This document shows, piece by piece, positions 1-10,282 of a DNA stretch of 64,000 nt. A program made the translations under genes and the position numbers. The DNA lies in the NCBI GenBank assembly GCA_963805045.1, contig CAWDTC010000012.1, forward strand, positions 64,211-128,210, read 5' to 3'. This DNA comes from Candidatus Aminicenantes bacterium (GTDB lineage Bacteria; Acidobacteriota; Aminicenantia; Aminicenantales; Saccharicenantaceae). A model generated the notes under the pieces. That model did not search any database and had not been told where the DNA came from. It saw nothing but the letters and a program-made list of their open reading frames with translations. How positions within the stretch are numbered: the stretch's first letter is position 1; each line of letters opens with the position of its first letter.

Positions 1-208
1 CGCGAGGAGGAGGGCGGAGGCGATGCGTGTTCTCATGGTCCGTCCCACGGGACAACTATCTTACCAATACACCCTCCGCATTTGAAGCCCCCGCGGGCGG
101 CGCAGCGGCGGGCGAGACGGCGGCATCCTGGCCGCCCGGGCCCCGGCGGCAGGCGGGCGCGGTGGACCCGGGCCGGAGGGGGCGGTATAATGACGGCCGG
201 GAACGGTC

Positions 209-1618
209 ATGCTCGACGGACACGCGGGCCTCTACACCGACATGTACCAGCTGACCATGGCCGAGGCGTATTTCCGCGACGGGACGGCCGGGACCCCTGC
301 GATCTTCGACTACTTCTTCCGCACCCTCCCCTTCGGCGGCGGCTTCGTCGTCTACGCCGGCCTGGCCGACGCGCTGGAGCTCCTCGAGGCCTTCCGCTTC
401 GACGCCGGGGACCTGGATTACCTGCGGGGCCTGGGCTTCGCCCCGGACTTCCTCGACCAACTGGCGCGTTTCCGCTTCCGCGGCGCCGTCCATTCCGCCC
501 GGGAGGGCGAGGTCGTCTTCCCGGTCGAGCCCGTCCTCCGCGTCGAGGCCGCCCTCGTCGAGGCGCAGCTCGTCGAGACGGCCCTCCTCAACATCCTCAA
601 CTTCGAGAGCCTCATCGCGACCAAGGCGGCCCGCCTGCGGTTGGCCGCCGGGCCCCGGCTCCTGAGCGAGTTCGGGCTGCGGCGCTCGCACGGGCCCGGG
701 GGCGTGCTGGCCAGCCGCGCGGCCGTCGTCGGCGGATGCGACACGACGTCGGACGTCTACGCCGCCCGCCGCTACGGCCTCCGGCCGGCCGGGACGATGG
801 CCCATTCCTATATCGAGAGCCACGCGGACGAGCTCACCGCCTTCCGCCGCTTCGCCGAGGCCCGCCCCGAGGGCTGCATCTTCCTCGTCGACACCTACGA
901 CACCCTGCGGAGCGGCCTGCCGAACGCCATCCGGGCGGCCAAGGAGATGGAGGGGCGCGGCGGGCGGGCCTATGCCGTCCGGCTCGACAGCGGCGACCTC
1001 GCCTACCTGGCCAAGCAGGCCCGGCGGATGCTCGACGGAGCGGGGCTCGGCTACGTCAAGATCATGGCCTCGAACCTCCTCGACGAGCATGTCATCCGGA
1101 GCCTCCTCGCCCAGGGGGCGCCGATCGACCTCTTCGGCGTCGGGACGCGCCTGGCCACGGGCGCCCCGGACGGCGCCCTGGACGGCGTCTACAAGCTGGC
1201 CGAGTCCGGGGGGGAGCCGCGGCTGAAGGTCTCCGAGGCGCTGGCCAAGACGACCCTGCCGGGCCGCAAGGACGTCGTCCGCTGCTCCGACGCGGGCGGC
1301 GCCTTCGAGGCCGACGCCGTCGTGCTCGCGGACGAGCCCGAGGTCGCGCGCATGGTCCACCCGTTCGAGCCGGGGCAGTCCCTGCGGCTCGCGGACTTCG
1401 CGAAGGAGCGCCTGCACGTCAAGGTCATGGAGGACGGGCGGCGGCTGGACGGGCCGGAGCCGGTGGCGCGGATCGCGGCCTACGCGCAGAGCCGGCTCGC
1501 CGCCCTGCCCCCGGAGCACAAGCGGTTCGAGAACCCGCACGTTTACAAGGTCGGGCTAAGCGACCGGCTGGAGGCGCTGCGGGACGGGCTCGTCCGCCGT
1601 TTCCGCAAGGAGATCTGA
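209..1618 (+). CDS. pncB: nicotinate phosphoribosyltransferase
   Basis: Intact 469-aa ORF. The N-terminus (LYTDMYQLTMAEAYF) and the length are typical of NAPRTase. It ends 1 nt before the nicotinamidase gene, forming an NAD salvage pair. Confidence 0.9.
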   Translation: MLDGHAGLYTDMYQLTMAEAYFRDGTAGTPAIFDYFFRTLPFGGGFVVYAGLADALELLEAFRFDAGDLDYLRGLGFAPDFLDQLARFRFRGAVHSAREGEVVFPVEPVLRVEAALVEAQLVETALLNILNFESLIATKAARLRLAAGPRLLSEFGLRRSHGPGGVLASRAAVVGGCDTTSDVYAARRYGLRPAGTMAHSYIESHADELTAFRRFAEARPEGCIFLVDTYDTLRSGLPNAIRAAKEMEGRGGRAYAVRLDSGDLAYLAKQARRMLDGAGLGYVKIMASNLLDEHVIRSLLAQGAPIDLFGVGTRLATGAPDGALDGVYKLAESGGEPRLKVSEALAKTTLPGRKDVVRCSDAGGAFEADAVVLADEPEVARMVHPFEPGQSLRLADFAKERLHVKVMEDGRRLDGPEPVARIAAYAQSRLAALPPEHKRFENPHVYKVGLSDRLEALRDGLVRRFRKEI

Positions 1619-1619
1619 C

Positions 1620-2225
1620 ATGGACGCGCTCATCATCGTCGATATCCAGAACGACTTCCTGCCCGGGGGCGCGCTGGGCGTGCCGCGGGGCGACGAGGTC
1701 ATCCCGGTCGTCAACCGGCTCCAGGAGCGCTTCGGCCTCGTCGTCGCGACCCAGGACTGGCATCCGGCCGGGCACGCCAGCTTCGCCTCGAGCCATCCCG
1801 GGAAGAAAGTTTACGACGCCGTCACCATCGACGGGGTCGAGCAGATCCTCTGGCCGGACCACTGCGTCCAGGGAAGCCGGGGCGCCGAGCTGGCCAAGGC
1901 CTTCAGCACGAACCGGGTCGAGGCCGTCTTCCGCAAGGGGACGGACCCGGCGATCGACAGCTACAGCGCGTTCTACGACAACGTCCGGCGCAAGTCGACG
2001 GGGCTCGAGGGGTATCTCAAGTGGAAGCAGGTCGACCGGGTCTTCCTGGCCGGGCTGGCCGCGGACTTCTGCGTCAGCTACAGCATCATGGACGCCCTGG
2101 CCATGGGCTTCGGCGCCGTGCTCGTCAGGGACGCGACGCGGGCCATCAGCGAGGACGGCTTCCGGGCCGCGGAGAGGATCATCCGGGACCGCGGCGCGAC
2201 GGTCGTCCTCAGCTCCGACATCTAA
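1620..2225 (+). CDS. pncA: nicotinamidase/pyrazinamidase (isochorismatase fold)
   Basis: Intact 201-aa ORF with IIVDIQNDFLPGGALGV and ATQDWHP motifs. Tightly coupled to pncB. Confidence 0.9.
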   Translation: MDALIIVDIQNDFLPGGALGVPRGDEVIPVVNRLQERFGLVVATQDWHPAGHASFASSHPGKKVYDAVTIDGVEQILWPDHCVQGSRGAELAKAFSTNRVEAVFRKGTDPAIDSYSAFYDNVRRKSTGLEGYLKWKQVDRVFLAGLAADFCVSYSIMDALAMGFGAVLVRDATRAISEDGFRAAERIIRDRGATVVLSSDI

Positions 2226-2309
2226 GACGGGGTCAAATCTCATTCTGCCACTTCTGCTGAGTCTCGACGGTTCTCTGGAAGTGGCAGAATGAAGATTTGA
2301 CCCCGTCTT
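2224..2309. repeat. long hairpin element related to palindrome family 1; probable bidirectional terminator
   Basis: Arms AAGACGGGGTCAAATCTCATTCTGCCACTTC and GAAGTGGCAGAATGAAGATTTGACCCCGTCTT are near-perfect reverse complements. It sits between the convergent pncA and radical SAM genes. Its termini (AAGAnGGGGTCA) match the elements at 3999 and 17819. Confidence 0.7.
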
Positions 2310-2311
2310 GA

Positions 2312-3927
2312 TCATGCCGAGCCGGTCAGCAGCCGGCGCTGGGCCTTCTTCTCGGCGTAGGCGCGGGGGACGTAAACGCTCTCGCCGGTGATCGGGTCGA
2401 TCCCCGTATGAGTACATGCAGGTCGAGCGGGTCATCGGCGTCGGCGTGAAGATCTGGACGCCCTCGACCGGCTTCTCCCCGCCCCTCTCGAGCGTCCGGA
2501 GATACGCGGCCAGCTCCCTGGCCTCCTTTTCCCCGCTCCCGGGGTGGGCGACCATGAAGTAATATTTGAGATGCTGCGGCGCCGCCCACCGGCCTCTTCC
2601 CGCCCTCCTGTTCGCCTCGTCGAAGAGGCGGCGGAATTCCTCGAGCGACCGCTTCCCGCCGCCCTTCCCCATCAGCCGCAGGACGTTCGCCGAAACGTGC
2701 TCCGGGCGCGATCTTGAGCAGGCCCGAGATGTGGTGCTTGACGAGCTCCTCGATGTACTCCCGGCTCTCGACGGCCAGGTCGTAGCGGACGCCGCTCCGG
2801 ACGAAGACCTTCTTGACGCCGGGGACGCGGCGCGCCTTCCGCATCAGGGCGATGAGCCGCGCGTGGCTCGCGGTCGAGCCGGTGGCACGAGAGGCACGCG
2901 CCGTCCGGGCAGGGCGACGCGCAGTCCATGCCGTACATGTTGGCCGTCGGCCCGCCCAGGTCGTCGACGAAGCCCTTGAAGTCGGGATGTTGCGTCAGGC
3001 GCCGGATCTCGTCGAGGATGGAGTCCTCGCTCCGCGAGACGATGCGGTCGCCCTGGTGGAGGGAGAGGGCGCAGAAGGAGCAGCCGCCGATGCAGCCCCG
3101 GTGGGTGACGACCGAGAACTGCCCCATCTCGAGCTCGGGGTAGCCGTCGGGGATCGTCCGCGAGAACGGCAGGCCGTAGACCCAGTCGAGGTCGCGCGGC
3201 TTGTACTCCGGCGCGGGATACTGGACGACGAAGCGGTTGGCGTGTCCCTGGGCGAGGAGCCGCCGGTTGGAGAGGAGGCGCTGGGCCTCGCAGAAGAGGC
3301 CGGCGTCGCGCGCCGACGTCCTCGAACGACGGCATCGACCGTCGCCCCTGCCGGCGGCTCGCGCCCGCACGACGCACGTCCCCGGGATGCCGTCCAGGGC
3401 CTCGCCCTTGTCCAGCCGCTTGGCGATCTTCAGCGACCTGGATCTCGCCCGGCCCGTAGACGAGGATGTCCGCCCGCGTGTCGAGCAGGATCGAGCGCCG
3501 GACCGCGTCGTCCCAGTAATCGTAGTGGGCGAAGCGGCGGAGCGAGGCCTCGATCCCGCCGAGGACGATGGGGACGCCGCGGTGAAGCTGCCCGGAGCTG
3601 GTTGGCGTAGACGATGACGGCCCGGTCGGGCATCGCCGGACGTAGGGCGACGTTCCGGTCGCGGGCCCGCTCGCGCTTGAGCGGCGAGTAATTGACCAGC
3701 ATGCTGTCGATCGAGCCCGAGGTGACGCCGAAGAAGAGGCGCGGCCGGCCGAGCTTGAGGAAATCCGTCCTTCCCCTTCCAGTCGGGCGAGCCGATGACG
3801 CCGACGCGGTAGCCGCGGGCGTCGAGGACGCGGGCGATGACGCCCGGCCGGCGAGAGCGGGTGGTCGGCGTAGGGCTCGCCGGTGACGAGGATGACGTCG
3901 AAGCCGGAGCCGCTCGTCGGCGATCAT
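2312..3927 (-). CDS. YgiQ-family radical SAM protein (UPF0313), frameshifted as sequenced
   Basis: Fragments in three frames join into one protein: [54 protein letters not shown] (radical SAM Cys box), [10 protein letters not shown], and [16 protein letters not shown] followed by [24 protein letters not shown]. Confidence 0.8.
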
Positions 3928-3998
3928 GCCGCGTATTGTAGCACGCGTCCGGCGCCGAAATGGGCAGGAGCGCATGAAATCCCGACTGCTCGCCATCT

Positions 3999-4066
3999 TA
4001 AGAAGGGGGTCAGGTCTACTTTCTTACAGTTTTTCTGATAGAAAGTAGACCTGACCCCTTCTTTTA
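3999..4066. repeat. palindromic element, family 1 (GGGGTCAGGTCTACTTTC ... GAAAGTAGACCTGACCCC)
   Basis: Inverted arms of about 23 bp around a 17-nt loop. A near-identical copy lies at 17819-17884 with the loop in the opposite orientation. Confidence 0.8.
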
Positions 4067-5211
4067 TTCGGCAGGGTGCGACGCCGCGCTCGCCCGGCAC
4101 GGCGAAGAGCCCGAAGAGGGCGTTCGCCGCGAGCAGGGCCCCGGCGATATAGAAGGGGTACTGGAGCCCGTACCGGAAGCCGAGGGACGGGAAGACCAGG
4201 GCGCCGGCGATCTGGCCCGCCGGTCTGGATGGTCATGAGCAGCCCGGAGCTGCCGCCGATCGTCCGCTTCTCGAAGAGCCGCGAGATCGTGAGCAGCGAC
4301 GAGGGCGCCCATCAGCGCCGTCGCCGATCTCGTGGACGACGCGGAAGAGGAACGACAGCCGGACGTCGGCCCGGACCATCAGGACGAGCCCCGCGCCCGA
4401 GAGGGCCATGCCGAGGAGGAGGAGCCGGCGGTTGCGCGCCGGGTCGAACCGCAGGCGGCCGACGGCCAGCGAGGCCGAGGCCAGGCCGACGTAGGCCAGG
4501 GCCATGTAGAGCGCGCCCTGGAGGTCATTGAGGCCGAAGCGCGTCCGCAGGAAGGGCCCGTAGACCGTGCCCTCGACCCCCCAGTGGAGGGCCAGGACGA
4601 AGAGGAAGGCGGCGAAGGCCAGCGTCCGCTTCCGGAAGAAGCTCGAGCCGGTACTCGCGCATGGAGACGACGGAGAACCTCTCCCCGCCGAAGCCGCGGA
4701 GGGCCAGGGAGGCCAGCGGCATGAGCACGGCGAAGGCGACGGCGAGCGTCCGGAAGCCCGAGAGCAGCGTCACCAGCCCGCCGACGACGAAGCCGACCGG
4801 CGGCCCCGCGGCCAGCCAGAAGTTGTAGACGCCGTACTTGCGGTTGGGGTTCGGCTCCGTCTCGTCCTTGTAATAAAGGCTGTTGGCCGAGACGTCGAGG
4901 GCGTTGTTGGCGACGCCGAGGAGGAGGAAGACGAAGGCCATCAGCCCGGCGTTCCGGACGAAGCCGATGGCGAGGAAGACGAGGCCCTGGGCCAGCAGGG
5001 CGCCCAGGATGACCTTCTTCATCGACAGCCGGTCGTTCATCCAGCCCGTGGGGAAGGAGAAGACGATCGGGGCGAGGGAGAAGGCGGAGACGATGAGCCC
5101 GATCTCGAGGCCGCCGAAGCCGAGCTTCAGGAAATGCAGGGGGGCCAGGAAGAGGACGGTCGTCAGGGCGAGCTTGCGGAGGAAGTTGATGACGTGGACG
5201 CGGCGGATCAT
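4064..5211 (-). CDS. MFS transporter, frameshifted as sequenced
   Basis: The 228-aa N-terminal ORF (4525-5211) is hydrophobic and multi-helix. Further TM-like fragments follow at 4233-4505 and 4064-4240 in other frames. The 3-prime end is uncertain. Confidence 0.65.
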
Positions 5212-5235
5212 CGTTCGCGGGGGACATCATACCAT

Positions 5236-5262
5236 AAAAAAAGGGGCGGCCCGCCGCCCCCT
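5236..5262 (-). terminator. rho-independent terminator after the DUF4097 gene
   Basis: On the minus strand, a GGGGCGG/CCGCCCC stem is followed by a run of seven T, just downstream of the stop at 5329. Confidence 0.6.
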
Positions 5263-5328
5263 AAGACTCGATAGGCGGGCTCGACACTCTGTTCCTCAAA
5301 TGGACGAGGTATCGCGTCCCCGTGAAGG

Positions 5329-6301
5329 TCAGTACTTCTTGATCTCGACCGAGCCGCTGAAGCTCTTGGCCCGGATGCGCGCGCCGCCGCCGTTGACGGT
5401 GCCGTGGACCTCCTTCGGCGAGAGCTTGCCCATGACCTGGATCTGGAAATCGCTGTCGATCGTGCCGCTGAAGGTGCTCGGCCTCGAGGTCGAAGGCCGC
5501 GTTCGCCGGGATGCGCATGGTCGACGTCGCCGCTGTGCGCCGTGAGCTCGTAGTTGCCGCCGGCGAGGATCGTTCCCGTCGTAGGTGATGTTGCCGCTGA
5601 CGCTCTTGCCGGTGACGGTCTTGGCCTCGGAGACGTCCTTGAGCTCGATGTCGCCGCTGACCGACTCGGCCTCGACCGAGCCCTTGACCTTGGTCGCCTT
5701 GACGTCGCCCGAGACCGTCTTGAGGTAGGCGTCGCCCAGGATGTTCTCGACCGTCACGTTCCCGCTGACGAGGTTGACGTCGGCCCCGGCCGCGCCGCCG
5801 AGCTCGACGTCGCCGCTGACCGAGCCGAGGCGGGCCGCCCCGCCGATCGCCGCGACCTTGACGTCGCCGCTCACGGACTTCACCTCGAGGGAGGCCTTCT
5901 CGGGGATCCAGAGCTTGTAGTCGACGGACACGTTGACCGAGTTCCCGCCCCAGAAGCCGTGCCCCTCGGGGTACTTGGTCTCGATGCGCAGGGTCTCGCC
6001 GTCCCTCGTCACTTCGATCGGCACCAGGGCGGCGTTCTCCTTGGCCTTGTCCATGGACGAGGCCTCGGAGACCTTGAGGGCCTCGATCTTGACCTGGTCT
6101 TCCTTCCAGGCTCTGGATCTCGATGTCGCCGGAGACGTTGTTCAGGTAGACCTTGCCGTTCTTGGCCAGCGCCTCGGTCCGGGCGAACTTCTCCTCGTAT
6201 TTCTCGCGGCCCAGGGCCAGCCCGGCCGCCGCCGTCAGCAGGAAGGCCGCGGCCAGCGGAACGGCCAGCTTCCTCATCCTCTTCGTGTTCATCATGGTCA
6301 T
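5329..6301 (-). CDS. DUF4097-type repeat protein (LiaG-like, putative adhesin) with signal peptide, frameshifted
   Basis: Reiterated SGD(V/I)x(V/L) beta-strand repeats (VSGDVKV, VSGDVEL, VSGNVTV, VSGDIEL, FSGSVEI). The N-terminal signal MRKLAVPLAAAFLLTAAAG is in a second frame. Confidence 0.75.
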
Positions 6302-6329
6302 CCTCCTTCGTCGACTTCTCGTCGCGCTT

Positions 6330-7045
6330 TTATAAGCTCTTTCCCCGCGTCAACGCCCCCGGGTTCTTCCTGGAGAACTCCAGGGCCGTGTCGAGGAACG
6401 TCAGCTTGTCCATGTAGGCCGCGAGCAGGTAGTTCCTGGCCTCGAGGTCGTCCGGCTCCTTGCGGACGGCCTCCCGGCAGGCCTGGATCGTGGCGTCGAT
6501 GACGGCCAGGTTCCGCTCGAACATCTCGGCCGCCTGGGGGATCATGGCCCCCTTCTCCCGCGGCGAAGGCCTCGCCGAGCGACCGGATGGCTTTCCGGTA
6601 GTAGGCCTCGGCCTCGTCGAGCTTGGCCAGCGTGTACTTCTCGGAGTTCTTGGGGTAGCGTGCGGCGCCCCGGCCGCCGATCCGCAGCCCGAAATAAACG
6701 CCTGCGCCGACGAGGGCGAGGGCCAGCGCGGCGACGCGCCGGCGAGCTTCAGGCCCGGAACGCCGAGCCCGAAGGCCCATCGCCCGGGCACACGGACCGG
6801 GGCCGCGGGTTCGACGGCCGCCGCGCCCGACGCGATCCTCGCCTCGATCTTCCGCCAGACGGCGGCGTCCGGCTCGGGCGGTCTCGAGGTCCGCCGCGGC
6901 GTCCTTCATGCCGCGGAAATCCGCCAGGACCTCGCGGCAGGCCGGGGCACTTCGCGACGTGCCGCTCGAGCTCGGCGGCCCGCCGCGCGTCGAGCGTGCC
7001 GTCGACGTATTCGCTGATGGCTCTCTGGGCCTTGGCACACTTCAT
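6330..7045 (-). CDS. anti-sigma factor (zf-HC2 type), frameshifted
   Basis: N-terminus MKCAKAQRAISEYVDGTLDARRAAELERHVAKCP is typical of zf-HC2 anti-sigma factors. It lies 10 nt downstream of the ECF sigma gene. The C-terminal part is in another frame (6330-6791). Confidence 0.7.
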
Positions 7046-7055
7046 GGCCTTTCTC

Positions 7056-7742
7056 CTAAACGACCTTCCTGTCCTTGAGCGCGGCCCGCAGCTTCATCCG
7101 GGCCTTGAAGAGCTGGGACTTCGACGTCCCGGCCGAGCACTTCAGGAGCCGCGCGATCTCCTCGTGCTTGAAGCCCTGGACGTCGTGGAGGACGAAGACG
7201 CTGCGCAGCCCGGCCGGGAGTGTGCGGATGGCCGCCTCCAACGGGCCCTTGAGGTCCTTCTCCACCTTCTCCGCCCCGTCGTCGACGATCCGTTCCTCCA
7301 TGTCCGTCAGGGACACGTCCCGGCCGGCCTGGGCCTTTTTCTGCCGGAGGTGGCTGTAGCAAGTGTTGAGGGCGATCCGGTAGACCCAGCCCGGGAAGGT
7401 CTCCGGGTCGCGGACCTCGCGGAGGTGGGTGAAGACCTTGAGGAAGACGTCCTGGAGGAGGTCCTCGGCGGCCTCCCGGTTCGCGGTGTGGCGGTACTGG
7501 AGGCCGAAGACCGGCCGCTTGAACATCTCGTAGAGGGCTTCCATGGCCTCGAGGTCGCCGGCCCGGCCGCGCTCGATGAGCCGGGCCAGGAGGGCCTTGT
7601 CGGCCGTCCCCCAGACGGGCTGCCCGGCCTTGGCCCCGCTCATGAGCCCCGCCGCCCCCGGGATATCGTCCGTCCGGTCATGGACCCTATTATCCATGAT
7701 TTCCGCCAGGGCCGCCAGGCTCAGCTCAACGGTGTCGGGCAT
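7056..7742 (-). CDS. ECF-type RNA polymerase sigma factor (sigma-70 group 4)
   Basis: Region 2 (DLLQDVFLKVFTHL, FPGWVYRIALNTCYSHLR) and region 4 (RSVFVLHDVQGFKHEEIARLLKCSAGTSKSQLFKAR). ATG at 7742 within the longer listed ORF. Confidence 0.85.
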   Translation of the reverse strand: MPDTVELSLAALAEIMDNRVHDRTDDIPGAAGLMSGAKAGQPVWGTADKALLARLIERGRAGDLEAMEALYEMFKRPVFGLQYRHTANREAAEDLLQDVFLKVFTHLREVRDPETFPGWVYRIALNTCYSHLRQKKAQAGRDVSLTDMEERIVDDGAEKVEKDLKGPLEAAIRTLPAGLRSVFVLHDVQGFKHEEIARLLKCSAGTSKSQLFKARMKLRAALKDRKVV

Positions 7743-7792
7743 GTCCCTTCCATCCTCAACCGTATAGATGAGGACGGCGGGCAAAAGGTTGC

Positions 7793-8488
7793 TTATTTCG
7801 CCTTGAATCCGGCGGCGGTGTGGGCGCCGTCGCAGAAAGGCTTGTTCTTGGACAGGCCGCAGCGGCAGAGCGTCACCCGGTTCCGCCTCTCGTATTCGAC
7901 GCCCTCGGCGGATTCGATGGGGATGCCGCCCTTGACCCAGATGGGGCCGGCGGCGCCGCTCTTGGGTTCCTCGATGAGGCCGACGGCGGGCCCGCAGGCG
8001 AGCTCGATAGCCTTCCCGGTCTCCTTGTCCCAGGCGACGAGGCTGCCGGAGGGGCACTCGCACGCCTCCTCGACGGCCCTCTGCCGGGCCTCGGGGTCGT
8101 CCGAGCGCTCGGCGTAGCCCCAGGCCTCCTCGCCGCCGTGGCAGAAGCGCGCCGCGACGCAGAACTTCGCCGACCAGGTCAGGTCGACGCCCGGGCCGAC
8201 CGTCCGTTCCGCGTCGTCGAGATAGGCGCCGGGCCCGGCCGTCTCCGTGCCGTCGAAGCCGACCTCGAAATGGCTCCCGTCGCAATACGGCTTGTTCTTC
8301 GACGCGCCGCACCGGCATAGGGCGTAGGTCTCCTCGTCCGGGTAGGACGGGCCCTTTTGCCATTGCGCCGGCTCGCCGTCGCGGCCGACGACGATGTCGT
8401 CTTCGGCAAGGGGGACCTTGCCGCTGACAATATAAGGGCCGTTCTTCGTGACCTTGATGCGCGGGGCCTTTTTCGAGTCATCGGTCAT
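7793..8488 (-). CDS. CDGSH iron-sulfur domain protein (two CDGSH-type motifs)
   Basis: Intact 231-aa ORF with CRCGASKNKPYCDGSH and CRCGLSKNKPFCDGAH. Confidence 0.85.
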   Translation of the reverse strand: MTDDSKKAPRIKVTKNGPYIVSGKVPLAEDDIVVGRDGEPAQWQKGPSYPDEETYALCRCGASKNKPYCDGSHFEVGFDGTETAGPGAYLDDAERTVGPGVDLTWSAKFCVAARFCHGGEEAWGYAERSDDPEARQRAVEEACECPSGSLVAWDKETGKAIELACGPAVGLIEEPKSGAAGPIWVKGGIPIESAEGVEYERRNRVTLCRCGLSKNKPFCDGAHTAAGFKAK

Positions 8489-8516
8489 CGTCCCCTCCCC
8501 TTCTCGGCGGGCGCGC

Positions 8517-8786
8517 TCAGCCGACCCTGAAGCACCTCATTGACACCGAACGGTTCTGGAACCCCTCGTGGACGAATTCGAGCTCGTCCTCCTTTTCCTG
8601 GAGTCCCGCGGCAAAGATCATCGGCAGGTAATGGTCGAGGGTTGGCACGGACAGCGCCGTCGCCCGGCTCATGTTCTGGCAGTCCAGGAGCGCCTCGTGG
8701 TCTCGCGCCAGCCGCCGCGTGTAAGCGTTCTTCAGGATGATGTTCTCCGGCGAACCGTGACCGATGAACAGGACCGGAATTCTCAT
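8517..8786 (-). pseudogene. internally deleted remnant of an extradiol 4,5-DOPA dioxygenase (LigB/YgiD family)
   Basis: A 90-aa ORF joins a typical family N-terminus (MRIPVLFIGHGSPEN) directly to a typical C-terminus (PTLDHYLPMIFAAG...SVSMRCFRVG). About 170 aa of core is missing. Confidence 0.55.
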
Positions 8787-9372
8787 GGGGTGACCTGGCT
8801 CTTGAGCAGGACTTCGGCCGCAATCCGGATATGGACATCCTTGCCCACCAGCCATCCGCCGGTTTCCTTGTCCAGTTCGGCCAAGAGTCCGAAATCCCTG
8901 CGGCTGAGACGGGCCTTGGCCTGGAAAGCCGCCCGGACCTTCCCCCATTGATCTTCGATGATGCCCGTAAAGTCCGCAGCGAGCGATAACGGTCGCGTGA
9001 CCCCGCGCAGGGTGAGACGGCCGTCGACCGTGAACCCGCCTCCCGGTTCCGCGGTGACGCCGGTGCTCAGGAAGGTCATCTGGGGGAATCTTTCGACGTC
9101 GAAGAATCTCGGGCTGCGGAGGTCCTCATCCCGGTCTTTGTTGTGGGTGCTGATGCTGGCCGTATCGACGCTCACTTCGGCGGAGGATCGCAACGGGTCC
9201 TCCGCGATCCGGATATCCCTGAGATCGAATCGAAACGTCCCCTCACCTGACCGACGACGGCGTGCTGGACGCCGAACTCGACGAAGCTGTGAACCGGGTC
9301 GACAACGTACTCCCCGGCGGCGGGAACCAGCCATCCATTGAGGAACCGCGAGATGTTCGTCGCCTTGGCCAC
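8783..9372 (-). CDS. YceI family protein, one frameshift
   Basis: GTG start 5 nt after an AGGAGG. YVVDPVHSFVEFGVQH is in one frame and VDTASISTHNKDRDEDLRSPRFFDVERFPQMTF in another; both are typical YceI motifs. Confidence 0.8.
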
Positions 9373-9470
9373 TCGGACCTCCTGTTCAACCTGAACAGAC
9401 AATCGGGCGGCCGGGGCAAGAGCCGCCTCTCTCAGAGGGTTTCCGCCACGAGGGCAGGGTCTCTCCGGGC

Positions 9471-10067
9471 CTAGCCCCCGATACCCATCTGCTTCATGTA
9501 CGTGGAGCCGTCCCAGAACAGCCACTCCTCGATCATGACGCCCTTCTTCCAGTGGCCCAGCGTGCACATCGGCAGGTGGAACGCCTTGCCTGTGGGCTGG
9601 ATGAACTTGCCGTCCCCGAGGGGCATGGGCTTGTTGAAGGTCCCCTCCATGATCCCGGTGACACAGGTGAGATCGTCGTAGCCGAACTTGATCGGGTGGA
9701 CCTTGATCCGCGTGTCGGGCGCATAGACAAAGAGCGCCTTGAGGTCCTCGATGTGCCGCTCGATCCCGTTCGTGTGGTGCCCGTCCGGCCAGTTGACGAC
9801 GACATCCAGGGAGTGGCTCTCATGCAGCCGGACCCACTGCTGGTTGGTAAAGACAACGTAGTCCAGCGTGTCGAACGTGGCCAGGTTCTTGGCGACTGTG
9901 GCCCTCTCGTCGGCGTGTTTCTTGAGCTCCTTTTTCATCTCCTCGATCTTGTCCTCCATCGACGAGGCCCCGGGCTTGTTCTGGGCGCCCTGAGCGATGG
10001 GGGGAAGGGCCGACAGCGCCAAAACGGGCGCGGCGGCCAGCACGGACCTCCGTGAAAACAACTTCAT
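9471..10067 (-). CDS. secreted SnoaL-like ester cyclase / NTF2-fold protein
   Basis: MKLFSRRSVLAAAPVLALSALP is a Tat-like signal after a GGAGG. The C-terminal EEWLFWD pattern is typical of ester cyclases. Confidence 0.55.
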   Translation of the reverse strand: MKLFSRRSVLAAAPVLALSALPPIAQGAQNKPGASSMEDKIEEMKKELKKHADERATVAKNLATFDTLDYVVFTNQQWVRLHESHSLDVVVNWPDGHHTNGIERHIEDLKALFVYAPDTRIKVHPIKFGYDDLTCVTGIMEGTFNKPMPLGDGKFIQPTGKAFHLPMCTLGHWKKGVMIEEWLFWDGSTYMKQMGIGG

Positions 10068-10282
10068 CGTCCGACCTCCTTCTGACTGACTTCCGGGCAT
10101 TCCCCGTGGATGAACGCATGATATCGCCAGCATGCCGGGGCGTCAAGTTCACCGTGAAGAACGGCCAGAACGAAGCCCTCTCGATGCATTATCTCGAGTG
10201 ACGCGTCCGCGGAACGCGAGTTTCGAGCCTGGGGGCGGGCCGGATCTTCTCGAATTCACCCCCCGGCCAGGATGCTATCCCT

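Noticed and set aside
56-2292. Very long ORFs overlapping pncB/pncA (494 aa on the minus strand, 736 aa in another plus frame)
   Set aside because: Their products are Arg/Pro/Gly/Ala-rich and low-complexity, as is typical of shadow frames in GC-rich DNA. The pncB and pncA frames give clear family motifs.
8643-8648. Additional TGGCAC hexamers (also at 26104-26109 and 2884) as sigma-54 promoters
   Set aside because: None has a TTGC(A/T) element five bases downstream, and they lie inside coding or repeat sequence.
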